A stretch of DNA of 64,000 nucleotides from a virus. The position numbers and the translations under genes were made by a program. The notes under the pieces are model-generated. The model did not search any database, had not been told where the DNA came from, and worked only from the letters and a program-made list of their open reading frames with translations. The stretch covers positions 16,909 to 80,908 of the IMG/VR virus record IMGVR_UViG_3300042934_000822. One strand, given 5' to 3'. Of the stretch, positions 9,171 through 18,211 are shown piece by piece (position 1 is the first letter of the stretch; each line of letters starts with the position of its first letter).

Positions 9171-11484
9171 GGGTCACCGCGAAAATGGAATCCAGCAAGG
9201 CCTCATTGGCCATGGCTTTCTCAAAGGCTTTTTCGTCACGCAGGGCCTTGAACACCTGGTCGAACGCAGCATTGATCCGGGTGCGTTCCTCGCCCTCGGG
9301 GTAGGGTTTGAATGGGGCATCCAGCTCGGGCAGATAGTGGTATTTGTTGTCCGCAAGACAGCTCAGGTAGTCGTTTTTCCGGCCCATGTCGGCCAGACGG
9401 TCCTCCAGATAGGCCTGGAACGCGCGCGCGGCCATTTCGAAGGGTTCCGACCAATACTTGCCGGTCACCCCGTCATCGAGTTTTTGCGCTTCCAGATAGA
9501 AATTCGAGACGCTGGCGCCAGACTTGACCTGCACCTCAGTGGCGTCTGCAGGCGAGTAGTAGGCCGCGGCCATTTCGCGCCACTGCTTCTTCTGCTTGAG
9601 GTAGGACTTGGACTGCAGGTTCTGATAGGCCCGGTCGACCGCCAGCACAGCGTCATGCGCGTTGCCGGCGTTCTTGATATCCAGCGCCACGCCGCGAAGG
9701 ACGCGGCCGTCCAGATTGAACTGGGCCTTCTCCAAGGCGCGCGGCGGTAGCTTGATCGTCTCCACCAGGCGCTCACTGCCTGAGGTCAGGGTCTGCTTGA
9801 GCGCGACGAAGGCTTCTCGGATAGCGCCAGGCGGCATCAGGTCAGGGTTGGCACTGGCGAACTCATCCCGGGCGCCATTCTCCCCGCGCAGGACGCTGGG
9901 CAGGATATTGTCCAGGGCGTGGTAGTGCTCATGTCCCAGCGCCCCGCCACCGTTCATTTTGGTCATGTTCATAACGCGCTCGACAGGCTCGTAATGCGCT
10001 CGAGCAGCACCCTTGCCCCCGGAACCACGGGCGCCAAAGGCCATGCCCAGGCGGCCACCGAATCCAAGATGGTTTTCATGGATGCCCAGCACGTCAGCCA
10101 TGTCCTGCATGGCGCCGGCAGTCTGCTCCACATGCCATTTGGCGCTGACGAAGTCGCTCAGCACCCAATTGCCCGACTGCACCGCGCGGAAGCCGCACAG
10201 GCGCTCTAGATCCTTGGTCGACGCAACGGCCACCGGCCGGCCGCCCACGCGTTCGAACTTGTCGACCACCTTGAGCGTGAAGCTGATCTTCTTCTTGCTG
10301 GCGCGTTTCGGCGCGGCCTTCTCCTTTGTGGTCCAGTCCCAGGACGCAGGTTCGCCGGACTTGGCGTTGACCACATGCCCGGCAAAGCTGTCAGACCCTC
10401 CTGCTCGCTTGGAGCGGTACAGGACCGTCTTGACGAAGCGATCGCCCAGGGACAGCCAAGCCCTGGCCTCAGGGCTGCGCAGGTTGCGAGCCTTAGCCAT
10501 GTCGACGATATCGGACCGGTCGGCTACCAGGTCGCTCCGTTGCCGGCGTAGCGCCTCATCCTCGTCCTTGGTCATGGCGATCTCATCGCCCCATGCCTTT
10601 TGCGCCGTCTCGTAGGCCGCTCGAGCGTCAGTGACGGCCTGGTCGTGAACCGGTTCAATAGACCAGCCACGCTTTTTCCGGTTGGCCAGCGCACTCTGCG
10701 CAGCGTATTGGGCGCTGGCCGCTGCCGTCATGGCCCGGTACAGCACGTTACGGCCGTCCTCGATCGCCTTGGAGCGGGCGCGCAGCTCCTCCAGTTGCGC
10801 GCTCAGCGCTCGGTACTGGTCCGACTCGTCAGCGTTCAGGCGCGTACCGAGCAGCTCCTCGCCAATCTCGGCCAGGGTGCTGGTGACGTCGGCGACCGTC
10901 TTGGCCGCCTCGAGCCTGGTCCTGATGGTTTCGATGCCCAGGGCGTAGCTCTGGCGGGCCTCGGGGCCGTCCTCTACTGGCGCGGTGCCGATCGCTGCAT
11001 ACGCCCGATCGATCAGGTACCCGGCCTGGGGTTCCATACCGCCTGCCTGCAGGCCTTCCCAGTCAACTTGGCCGAACAGGTTCGATTTCTTGATCAGCTC
11101 GCGCGCCTGGCGCGGGTTTTCCTCGATCGCCTTGAAGTCGATATCGCTGATGCGCAGCATCTGGCCAGCGTCGCGCGCTGCCTTGATCGAGGCAGCTGCC
11201 TGTTCTTTGCGGGAGCCGGAAATGTAGCCGGTGTCCTTGTAGCGGTAGTTCTCGCTGTTGGGGTCGTCGCTCAGGCCGTCGTCAGCTGCTGCCAGGCGCG
11301 CCTGCTCCGCGTCGATCGTCGCGGGTGCCTGGCGCACAATGCCGCCCAGCTGGACGTAAAGCTCCAACGCTTCGGTGGTTACCCGGGCTTGTTGGATAGG
11401 GTTCAAAGAGCCGGATTGCAGCTGCTCACGAAGCTGCAAAAGCCTGGTGGTCAACCTGGCTTGCTCGAGGGGGTTTAGAGCCAT
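9163..11484 (-). CDS. Polyvalent protein with zincin-like HExxH motif and LPD1 domain
   Basis: GALGHEHYHALD; YWSEPFEMAARAFQAYLEDRL...NDYLS...PYPEGEERTRINAAFD. Start reassigned to ATG 11484 (MALNPLEQ). Confidence 0.75.
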   Translation of the reverse strand: MALNPLEQARLTTRLLQLREQLQSGSLNPIQQARVTTEALELYVQLGGIVRQAPATIDAEQARLAAADDGLSDDPNSENYRYKDTGYISGSRKEQAAASIKAARDAGQMLRISDIDFKAIEENPRQARELIKKSNLFGQVDWEGLQAGGMEPQAGYLIDRAYAAIGTAPVEDGPEARQSYALGIETIRTRLEAAKTVADVTSTLAEIGEELLGTRLNADESDQYRALSAQLEELRARSKAIEDGRNVLYRAMTAAASAQYAAQSALANRKKRGWSIEPVHDQAVTDARAAYETAQKAWGDEIAMTKDEDEALRRQRSDLVADRSDIVDMAKARNLRSPEARAWLSLGDRFVKTVLYRSKRAGGSDSFAGHVVNAKSGEPASWDWTTKEKAAPKRASKKKISFTLKVVDKFERVGGRPVAVASTKDLERLCGFRAVQSGNWVLSDFVSAKWHVEQTAGAMQDMADVLGIHENHLGFGGRLGMAFGARGSGGKGAARAHYEPVERVMNMTKMNGGGALGHEHYHALDNILPSVLRGENGARDEFASANPDLMPPGAIREAFVALKQTLTSGSERLVETIKLPPRALEKAQFNLDGRVLRGVALDIKNAGNAHDAVLAVDRAYQNLQSKSYLKQKKQWREMAAAYYSPADATEVQVKSGASVSNFYLEAQKLDDGVTGKYWSEPFEMAARAFQAYLEDRLADMGRKNDYLSCLADNKYHYLPELDAPFKPYPEGEERTRINAAFDQVFKALRDEKAFEKAMANEALLDSIFAVTHD

Positions 11485-11515
11485 GAAAAAGGGCCTGCAT
11501 AGTGTGCAAGCCCTC

Positions 11516-11557
11516 ATTTTGAAGCGGCGGAAACGCGCTATTCCGCTGGTGTTTCCG
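11516..11557 (-). promoter_or_regulatory. Putative late promoter of the LPD1/LPD3-MTase operon
   Basis: CGGAAA-N30-CAAAAT on the minus strand. Confidence 0.55.
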
Positions 11558-12281
11558 CATGCCGGACGAACACGTAGCCGCGCATGAACTGCTGAATGGT
11601 CATCAGCTGGTTCTGATTTGCGTTCACCCGCTCGATCTCAACGTCCAACTCGGACAAAGAGCCATTGAGTTCATCGATATCCTTGATGAACCATTCGCGC
11701 TGCTGGTGGAGCAGGGTGAATCTTGGGTTTTCAGTGAACACATCGCCGCGCTTCCAGTTGGCGGGCTTGGTCATGTCCAGCTTGGCCACCGGCTCCTCTG
11801 GTTGGAGAGGCGAATCGGAAACCAGCTCGAGGGGCTCCGACGTCTTCACCAGCTCCGCGTAATCGCTCACGGCCAACGCCGATGGAACAACTTGCGCAAC
11901 AGGCTCTTTCCCCTCGAGGCTGATCGCCGCCGTCGGCACCAAGGGGGCGACGTCAGCTGCAGGTGTGGTGATGGTGGACTGCGGCGGATCTGCCATCAGC
12001 GGCGCCAGCACGGGACTGGCCAGCAACTCGGCGAACGACCCGATGCTTACGCGTTGCGCCTCGGGCAACACGTCGAAGTACTCCTGCTGGCCCTGGGGCT
12101 CGATCTCGACGCAATCGATGCCAATGGGGATCAACACACCGCGCAGCTTATCCAGCAGCCCCGGGCGCATTTCACCCGTCATCACCAGCACCTTACGTGC
12201 CTGGGCCGCGTGCTGCTCCAGTCGGGTCAGCTCCTGCACGATCCCCGAAACCCCCATGTCTTGCCCCTGCACTTCGCTCAT
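11538..12281 (-). CDS. Hypothetical protein
   Basis: 247-aa ORF with likely ATG 12281, downstream of a GCGC-box array and a -10-like GATAAT. Confidence 0.6.
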   Translation of the reverse strand: MSEVQGQDMGVSGIVQELTRLEQHAAQARKVLVMTGEMRPGLLDKLRGVLIPIGIDCVEIEPQGQQEYFDVLPEAQRVSIGSFAELLASPVLAPLMADPPQSTITTPAADVAPLVPTAAISLEGKEPVAQVVPSALAVSDYAELVKTSEPLELVSDSPLQPEEPVAKLDMTKPANWKRGDVFTENPRFTLLHQQREWFIKDIDELNGSLSELDVEIERVNANQNQLMTIQQFMRGYVFVRHAETPAE

Positions 12282-12320
12282 TGCCCGATTCCTGGATGAT
12301 TGGTAAACCAGGATTATCAA

Positions 12321-12368
12321 GCGCGTTGGAGGGTACGCGCGTTGGCACCTTTGCGCGTTCGCGCCAAA
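12321..12368. repeat. 8-bp-phased GCGC-box array (parS/operator-like)
   Basis: gcgcgttg-gagggtac-gcgcgttg-gcaccttt-gcgcgttc-gcgccaaa. Confidence 0.6.
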
Positions 12369-12392
12369 AAAACTTGTGATTGGTGACAGGCA

Positions 12393-12677
12393 TCAGCGAG
12401 TGGCGATCCAGCCGACCGGCTCGCTGTCCTGGTCTACCAGGGCTCGGAACTCGCTCATGGCTAGGGCGGGATTGTTGTAGCAGTAGCGCCGGGCGTAGCC
12501 GTACGGGTCAACGTCGGTGACGATTGCGACGGTGAAAATGAGCGGAATCATGGCCACATAGGTACCGTCTTCGAGCTGGCGCCAGCACAGGTACCGGTTG
12601 GCTGGGTTGTTCAGCTGAGCTTCGACCTCTGGGCGGGGCTGGGCGTTTATCATCCAGACATTTTGAGGGGCTTTCAT
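12393..12677 (-). CDS. Small hypothetical phage protein
   Basis: Likely start ATG 12677 (MKAPQNVW...YARRYCY...EPVGWIATR). The longer ORF-track version only translates the DNA repeat. Confidence 0.6.
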   Translation of the reverse strand: MKAPQNVWMINAQPRPEVEAQLNNPANRYLCWRQLEDGTYVAMIPLIFTVAIVTDVDPYGYARRYCYNNPALAMSEFRALVDQDSEPVGWIATR

Positions 12678-12750
12678 GACTGATTTCTCTGGCTGATATC
12701 GTATGCGGACGATAGTACTGGCCAGAAATAGGAATTTAAACCTGTTTTCA

Positions 12751-12818
12751 CGCGTTCGCGCGTTCGCGCTTTGGCGCTTTGGCGCTTTGGCGCTTTGGCG
12801 CTTTGGCGCTTTGGCGCC
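12751..12818. repeat. Tandem octamer array, (CGCGTTCG)x2 then (GCGCTTTG)x6; candidate centromere
   Basis: Perfect GCGCTTTG units at 12766, 12774, 12782, 12790, 12798 and 12806. Confidence 0.85.
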
Positions 12819-12921
12819 TATGATGCGCTTCACAACAATGAGGCAGATTTCGAAAAGATCGTCAACGATTTGGCTTCGGTTGAGAGTGTTTGATCTGCAG
12901 AGACCTTGAAAGCGGCGCGAT

Positions 12922-12952
12922 AAAAAATGGGGCCTACTAAGGGCCCCATTTT
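12922..12952 (-). terminator. Rho-independent terminator after the darA-like gene
   Basis: aaaatggggcc...ggccccatttt stem with a U-tract on the minus strand. Confidence 0.75.
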
Positions 12953-12991
12953 CAATTCAACGCTCGGCAGGTCAGGACTGCCGGAATACCC

Positions 12992-15900
12992 CTACAGAGT
13001 GTCAGCCGTGACCTTCAACGCATAGTCACGCAGCGCGTTGGACGCATCGGCAAACAGGTCTTTCAGCTCAGCCTCACCCCATTGGGCGTAGATCTCCTCG
13101 AGCCTGGCCAGCACCTCGGCGGGGCTTCCCAGGTCAGTCGTTCCTTCGATCAGGCTATCGAGATAGGCCTTTGCTGCTTTCAATTTGTCATCCTCGTCTG
13201 GCTCCGGGGGCGTCGATTGGTCAGGCTCGGCGGCGGCGGCCGGCGCTGGGGCAGCGAACATATCGCCTTGGTCGATGGCAAACAAGCCTTCACCGTACTC
13301 CTGGTCAAGCTTGCGGTTGGCCGCGCCCACAATGTCCGTGAAGCTGACAGCAGCGTCGCCGAACAAGCCTGCCGTCTGCTTGCGGGCGTTTTCGCTTTCC
13401 ACGAACTGGGCCATAGCCTTGAACGCGGTCCCCATGCGCTTGGCACTGCGATTGTTCTGGTGGATGAACATGGCCATGGCTGCCACGGCAGGATCGGTAC
13501 CACCGAACATATCGCCCTGGCGCAGGAACTCGTCCAGGCCCAGGCCGGCCTCCTTCGCCTGGCGCAGCACGTTGGTAGCGCCGATGATGGCGTTGACGGC
13601 CTCCTGATTGAGCGATAGCTCAACGGAGTCGGTAACACGGCCGCCAGCCTCCTCGGCACCAACCAGGTCGACCTCCTTGGCGCGCATGAAGTCTGGAGCG
13701 GCGCTGTTGAGTGCAGCCACGATGTTGGCGATCTCAGGCTTAGCGACGTCCGCGGTCATTTCCAGGAGGCGATCATCGGAGTAGGCGCCAGCGAACAGCG
13801 CAGCCTGCAGGCGGCTGATCAGGCCGCTGGTGGGCTTGCCCTCGGTGGTCAGGTACTGGGCAGCCTCCGCGTCACCCAGCGACTGCAGGAAGGCTGCAAC
13901 GAAGTCACGGTTTGCTGCGCTGTTGAGGTCTCCGTCTGCCAGCTTGGCCAGCATGGCGGTGTCAAGCCGCTTGGCATCGCTGCGCGCCTTCTCCGTGGCA
14001 GTCATGGCCAACTTATCATCCTGGTTGGCCTCGACAGCGAACGTCACACGATCGACGTCAGACCTGCGCACGCGCACCAGGACAGGGTTCTGCATGCGGT
14101 TGATCTTCTCCACGTCTACCCCGAAGTACTCCGCGTTCTCTACGAGCCATTCACGGTAGTCACCAGCAGAGCCGATCCGGTAGGCCTCTCGGATCGCCAT
14201 TGCGCGGCCGTTGCCCGACTCCACTACTCGATCAGGCCCAACGATGGGGGCACCGCTGTCGGCACGCTGGGTGCGCCCCAGGCTGTCTGGGTCGAGGCTG
14301 CGTGCAGTTTTTTGGACCCAGGCCTGCGAGGTGCTGCGGGAGCGGTCGCGCGGCTGGATCTCTGCGGGGTAGTCAGGATTCGGTGTGCCGTCGCTCTCAT
14401 GGCTGATCACCAGCTTGCCTGCCTCGATGACCTTGAAACCGGTCAGCACCTTGGTGCCCTTGGCCGTCTTCACGGTGTTGTCGCGGCCTTCCGCCTCAAT
14501 GGTACCGGTGTCCTCTTGCTCGGCCTTGAGCGCAGCGTTGGCGGTCCGTTCGGCACGCTCCTCCTCGCGCTCTGCAAGATGCGCCGCCAACATGGCTTCC
14601 TCCTGAGGCGTTTCAGGCTCGACGGTGGCCGCTGCCTGCACGGCAGCTGCTGCCTGTGCTGGTGTCTTCCCTGCAGCGAACAGCTGGTCCACCAGAGACT
14701 CCTGAGGCATGGCCATCGCATCCGCATCACCGTGACTGATCTCCATGCGCTCTGCTAGCGCTTCCAGGAACAGTTCCTGCCACGCATTACGCTCTGCAGG
14801 CGCAGCCGCTGGCGGCAGGGTGGTAGATGCTGGCGCACTCTTCCGGGCTGCCAACTGGGCGGTCAGATCCTCGATCTGCTTGTCCAGCTCGGCCAGCTCG
14901 TCCGTCTTTGCAGATTCCGCCTCTTTCAATGCCGCAAGCTGGGCATCGCGCTCGGCTTTATTGGCATTGGCCTGGGTGAACTTGGCGCTGTTCTTGTCGA
15001 CCAGCCTGATGATGCGTCGGGCAACCTCACGCGGGTTGAGATCCTGGCCACGCTCGGGCGCCACCACGATCGTGACGTCCTTCTTGTTGAGCACCCACTT
15101 CCAGCTAACCATCTCGTCGGTGGGACTCAGCTTGTTGGGGGTGGTGTCGGGGTTGTGGAAGAACACGCTGACGGACTGGCCATCGTCCATCGTGAACAAC
15201 ATGGCCAGCTGCGTGGTGCCTCGATTCTTGAATGCTTTGCTGACCTGGACGCCTTCTGGCTTCACTTGGGTCGCAACCATCTGCATGACGCGCAGCAGCT
15301 GGTTGGCCTTGCGCTCGAATTGCTGCACCTGGATCACCATGGCATCGAGCATGGCGCCATCGCTCATGAACTCCTCGAGGTCGGACAGGGTGGCCGCGTC
15401 CATCATCAATCCGCCACTGTCGTGACGGCGCAGCTTGGCGATCACGTCGCCAAGGGTCTCGCCTACAGGCATGCGCTGATCGTCCCAGCGCACGATTACG
15501 TCGGTCATGCTTACCGCCTTGTCTTCAATGAGATCGCCAGGCACAAGCGGCCGGCGCAGATCACCGTGCTTGAGCCAGTCCTTGAACTGCTTGATGCTGC
15601 AGGCCGTCAGGCTGGCCAGCCCGGTCCAGCCCTTTTCGTAGCTGTTGAGATAGGCCTGGCGCGCCTGCTCCTCGTCAGTGAACCCCAGCAGCACCTTGTG
15701 CTCATCGAAAGCACCAGTCTTGTCCTGCTGGTTGACGACAAAGACCTGCAGGCTCTCAGGCATGGGGCCGATGAACACGTCTACCGCGTCGCCGTCGGCG
15801 CCCACGGTGCCGTTGATGTAGCCGTAGTGGGCCATGCACACGACTGACCAGGGGGCCCCATCCGTTTTGCCTCGACGAGGCTGGAACATGGGCGTTTCGA

Positions 15901-16045
15901 TGGTGACGGTCATGCCGTGAAGACGCGTGCTGCCCTTCGAGTAGTTGCCGGCGCGGAGCTGCTCAGGCGTGGGAGTGGCGCGGGAGCCTGCGCCGAATGC
16001 GCCGGAATGGGCCGCGCCCTGTAGTGCTGCGAATTTGTCTGCCAT
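12992..16045 (-). CDS. Polyvalent anti-restriction/head protein: inorganic-pyrophosphatase-like domain, DarA N-terminal-like domain and DdrB-like ParB domain
   Basis: HYGYINGTVGADGDAVDVFIGP...FDEHKVLLGF (InPase-like); DGQSVSVFFHNPD...WKWVLNKKDVTIVVAPERG (DarA-like); QPRDRSR...GAPIVGPDRVVESGNGR (ddrB-ParB). Start ATG 16045. Confidence 0.78.
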   Translation of the reverse strand: MADKFAALQGAAHSGAFGAGSRATPTPEQLRAGNYSKGSTRLHGMTVTIETPMFQPRRGKTDGAPWSVVCMAHYGYINGTVGADGDAVDVFIGPMPESLQVFVVNQQDKTGAFDEHKVLLGFTDEEQARQAYLNSYEKGWTGLASLTACSIKQFKDWLKHGDLRRPLVPGDLIEDKAVSMTDVIVRWDDQRMPVGETLGDVIAKLRRHDSGGLMMDAATLSDLEEFMSDGAMLDAMVIQVQQFERKANQLLRVMQMVATQVKPEGVQVSKAFKNRGTTQLAMLFTMDDGQSVSVFFHNPDTTPNKLSPTDEMVSWKWVLNKKDVTIVVAPERGQDLNPREVARRIIRLVDKNSAKFTQANANKAERDAQLAALKEAESAKTDELAELDKQIEDLTAQLAARKSAPASTTLPPAAAPAERNAWQELFLEALAERMEISHGDADAMAMPQESLVDQLFAAGKTPAQAAAAVQAAATVEPETPQEEAMLAAHLAEREEERAERTANAALKAEQEDTGTIEAEGRDNTVKTAKGTKVLTGFKVIEAGKLVISHESDGTPNPDYPAEIQPRDRSRSTSQAWVQKTARSLDPDSLGRTQRADSGAPIVGPDRVVESGNGRAMAIREAYRIGSAGDYREWLVENAEYFGVDVEKINRMQNPVLVRVRRSDVDRVTFAVEANQDDKLAMTATEKARSDAKRLDTAMLAKLADGDLNSAANRDFVAAFLQSLGDAEAAQYLTTEGKPTSGLISRLQAALFAGAYSDDRLLEMTADVAKPEIANIVAALNSAAPDFMRAKEVDLVGAEEAGGRVTDSVELSLNQEAVNAIIGATNVLRQAKEAGLGLDEFLRQGDMFGGTDPAVAAMAMFIHQNNRSAKRMGTAFKAMAQFVESENARKQTAGLFGDAAVSFTDIVGAANRKLDQEYGEGLFAIDQGDMFAAPAPAAAAEPDQSTPPEPDEDDKLKAAKAYLDSLIEGTTDLGSPAEVLARLEEIYAQWGEAELKDLFADASNALRDYALKVTADTL

Positions 16046-16071
16046 GGCTGTCGCCTCGGATGAAAGCACAC

Positions 16072-16113
16072 ACGATATAGGGCCAGGAAGGGCACTTTCG
16101 GGCAGGCTTTCCG
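16072..16113 (-). promoter_or_regulatory. Putative late promoter of the darA-like gene
   Basis: CGGAAA-N30-TATCGT on the minus strand. Confidence 0.55.
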
Positions 16114-16128
16114 CCGATCGGCAGGCAC

Positions 16129-16153
16129 AAAAAAGGCGCCTCAATGGGCGCCT
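16129..16153 (-). terminator. Rho-independent terminator of the par operon
   Basis: aggcgcc/ggcgcct stem plus A6 (U-tract on the minus strand). Confidence 0.7.
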
Positions 16154-16171
16154 CATTGCCAACTTGCCAAC

Positions 16172-16465
16172 TCAGCGTGCTGAGCGCGGTACTGGTCGGC
16201 GATTGGTCTTCCGGTCGCGGTAACGCATCAGGGCGTCTTCGAAGTACTCGTCCTTCTCGCCAGCGGCTGTCCGCGCAGCGTGCGCCTCAAGCAGCAGGTT
16301 CAACAAGTCGGATGGCCGTGATAGGCGAAGCTCGGCTGTCGAGGTGCGCAGCGTCAGGTTGGGTCCCTTCTGCAGGTGCGCGTTGAAGCGGTAGCTCTCA
16401 GTCGATTCTTCAAGCTCCTGATCAACCTTCTGTCTACTGGGTCGGATGCTGGCTCGGTCACTCAT
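16172..16465 (-). CDS. Putative small centromere-binding protein (ParG/RHH-like partner of ParA)
   Basis: 97 aa directly downstream of a short ParA; strand-helix-helix-like C-terminus (ELRLSRPSDLLNLLLE...YFEDALMRY). Confidence 0.55.
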   Translation of the reverse strand: MSDRASIRPSRQKVDQELEESTESYRFNAHLQKGPNLTLRTSTAELRLSRPSDLLNLLLEAHAARTAAGEKDEYFEDALMRYRDRKTNRRPVPRSAR

Positions 16466-16494
16466 TGCTCACCTGGTACTGTCATTGATCGAAG

Positions 16495-16551
16495 GCGCGA
16501 ACGCGTGTTGGTGATCATAGGGGAAAAGCGCGTTCGCGCCAAGGCGCGTTT
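16495..16551. repeat. GCGC-box array between parA and its partner gene
   Basis: gcgcgaac-gcgtgttg ... gcgcgttc-gcgccaag-gcgcgttt. Confidence 0.6.
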
Positions 16552-17209
16552 ATTCCGTGCCCTCGAGCAGCGACAGTACGTTGTTCATGATGAGGGTGAT
16601 TTCATCGACCGCAGCCTGGTCGCGGGGCTTGTACTCGAAGACTGACTGGCCCACGCCCGCGCTCTCCGGATACGCGACGCGCTGGACCACGATGCCTTCG
16701 ATGACTGGCAGCTCGAAGACCTCGATTTCGCTCTGGATGTTCTTCGCTCGGTTGGTGCCCTGAATCACACGGGTCAGGACGAATGCAGCCTTGAGGGAGC
16801 GCGACACGTCCGCCAGCATTTCCTGGCGGTCCTTGATCATGTTGACCAGGTCTTCGGATGCCCAGACGTCGAGCTTCGAAGGCTGAACAGGGATCAACAC
16901 CAGGTCAGCAGCCTTGACGGCGGCCTCGGCCAGCTTGTTGGCCTTCGAAGCGCCATCGATGACCACATAGTCGTTCTTGATTCGGGAGACTTCACGCGAG
17001 AGCAGTTCCGGGCGATCGATTGCATAGATGCGCACCGTCTCCTGATCATCCTCTCGGGCTGCCGCCCAGTCGCGGGCAGTCCCTTGAGGATCGGAGTCAA
17101 CCAGCACCACGTCCATACCCTGACGGCTCATGGCGTCGACCAGGTTGTACGACAGGGTGGTTTTGCCGGCGCCGCCCTTGGGCTGCAGGACCGCAATGAC
17201 CTTTGGCAT
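16550..17209 (-). CDS. parA: Type Ib (ParF-like) partition ATPase
   Basis: Deviant Walker A KGGAGKTT, VDSDPQG, YVVIDG and ADLVLIPVQPS; no N-terminal HTH. Confidence 0.92.
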   Translation of the reverse strand: MPKVIAVLQPKGGAGKTTLSYNLVDAMSRQGMDVVLVDSDPQGTARDWAAAREDDQETVRIYAIDRPELLSREVSRIKNDYVVIDGASKANKLAEAAVKAADLVLIPVQPSKLDVWASEDLVNMIKDRQEMLADVSRSLKAAFVLTRVIQGTNRAKNIQSEIEVFELPVIEGIVVQRVAYPESAGVGQSVFEYKPRDQAAVDEITLIMNNVLSLLEGTE

Positions 17210-17245
17210 GAAGAAACCTCGATTATCTGGCTGAATGAGGCCGGC

Positions 17246-17323
17246 ACTATAACTGCAAAGCGCGTTCGTGCGAACCCTCCAACGCACAAAAGCGCGTTCG
17301 CGCCAAAGCGCCTTAGCGCCTTA
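17246..17323 (-). promoter_or_regulatory. parA promoter overlapped by 8-bp-phased GCGC boxes (operator/parS)
   Basis: -35 TTCGCA, 17 bp, -10 TATAGT on the minus strand; boxes at 17260, 17268, 17284, 17292, 17300, 17308 and 17316. Confidence 0.65.
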
Positions 17324-17339
17324 GATGCGTCTGGGCATG

Positions 17340-17363
17340 AAAAAGCCCAGCAAAAGCTGGGCT
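17340..17363 (-). terminator. Rho-independent terminator
   Basis: agcccagc-aaaa-gctgggct preceded by an A-tract. Confidence 0.7.
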
Positions 17364-17380
17364 CTGGTACTCAACAGCGG

Positions 17381-17632
17381 TTACATCTGAGCGACCCTTT
17401 CCTCCTCGACGGGCTCACGCAAGGTGGGCTCTACCAGGTCGTTTCTGGCCAGCCTCCCGTTACCTGGCCAGGTGCCTTCTTGGATCATCTGCTTGTTGAA
17501 CTTGGCGTCAGCTACCTGTTGCTCGAAATCAGCAGATCCGGCGAGCCCGAAGCAAACGGCAAGTGCGACACCGGTGAGGAAAGTAGACACCGGGCCCATG
17601 AACTGCTGACGCTTATGATTGTGTGTACGCAT
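17381..17632 (-). CDS. Small protein with a hydrophobic/signal-like segment
   Basis: FLTGVALAVCFGLAGSAD; AAGGA RBS; has its own terminator. Confidence 0.6.
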   Translation of the reverse strand: MRTHNHKRQQFMGPVSTFLTGVALAVCFGLAGSADFEQQVADAKFNKQMIQEGTWPGNGRLARNDLVEPTLREPVEEERVAQM

Positions 17633-17749
17633 TGGTGAAGTCCTTCATATCTGGCTGATAGGTGAAGCGAGAAGGACATTATCATTATGTTAATTTTCTA
17701 GCAATGAAGCATTATCAAATTACTAATTTTTTGCAGACTGGAGAAGGTC

Positions 17750-18211
17750 ATGCAGGTGCTGGTATCGATCGCGGGTTATGGAGGGGAGGGCGCCAAGCCT
17801 ACGACCCTGGCTGCATTTTTTGACGAGTCCAACAGCTCGATGGTGGCGCTAAAGGAGGTCCCATTTCGCGAAAAAGCCGACAAAGGCTACGCATTTGTGA
17901 CCAATCTTCGGCTTGAAAACTACGATTGCCTGTTCACCGAATCGCATCTGCAGGGGGCCATCCTCGCCTACCGCGAAGAGGTGGCCAGGGTAGGGTTCAT
18001 CTTGGCAGATGAAGTGGGCAAGCATCGTCCTCGGATAGAAACTGACGGGATCGACGCCTCAGGCCAGAAATACCGCCTGCACGCCAGCATGACCAATGGT
18101 GAGGTGGCAGTGCTGGCGCTGGCACACTTCCAGTCACGCCAGCGCTCCGTGGGCTCTCTCACGAATCAGATGGACAAGATGGCCGACCTCTACAACATCA
18201 GATCGATCTAG
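17750..18211 (+). CDS. Hypothetical phage protein
   Basis: GGAG RBS, AT-rich upstream region, globular 153 aa; one of few plus-strand genes. Confidence 0.7.
   Translation: MQVLVSIAGYGGEGAKPTTLAAFFDESNSSMVALKEVPFREKADKGYAFVTNLRLENYDCLFTESHLQGAILAYREEVARVGFILADEVGKHRPRIETDGIDASGQKYRLHASMTNGEVAVLALAHFQSRQRSVGSLTNQMDKMADLYNIRSI

Noticed and set aside
12751-12818. Tandem repeat as a CRISPR array or coding repeat (AKAPKRQS)
   Set aside because: 8-bp units without spacers and no cas genes; better explained as a par-type binding array. The peptide is an artefact of ORF extension.
13990-14480. ParB-like domain as the partition partner of ParA
   Set aside because: It is embedded in the DarA polyprotein, matches the DdrB-type motif and lacks an HTH; a small dedicated partner gene follows parA.
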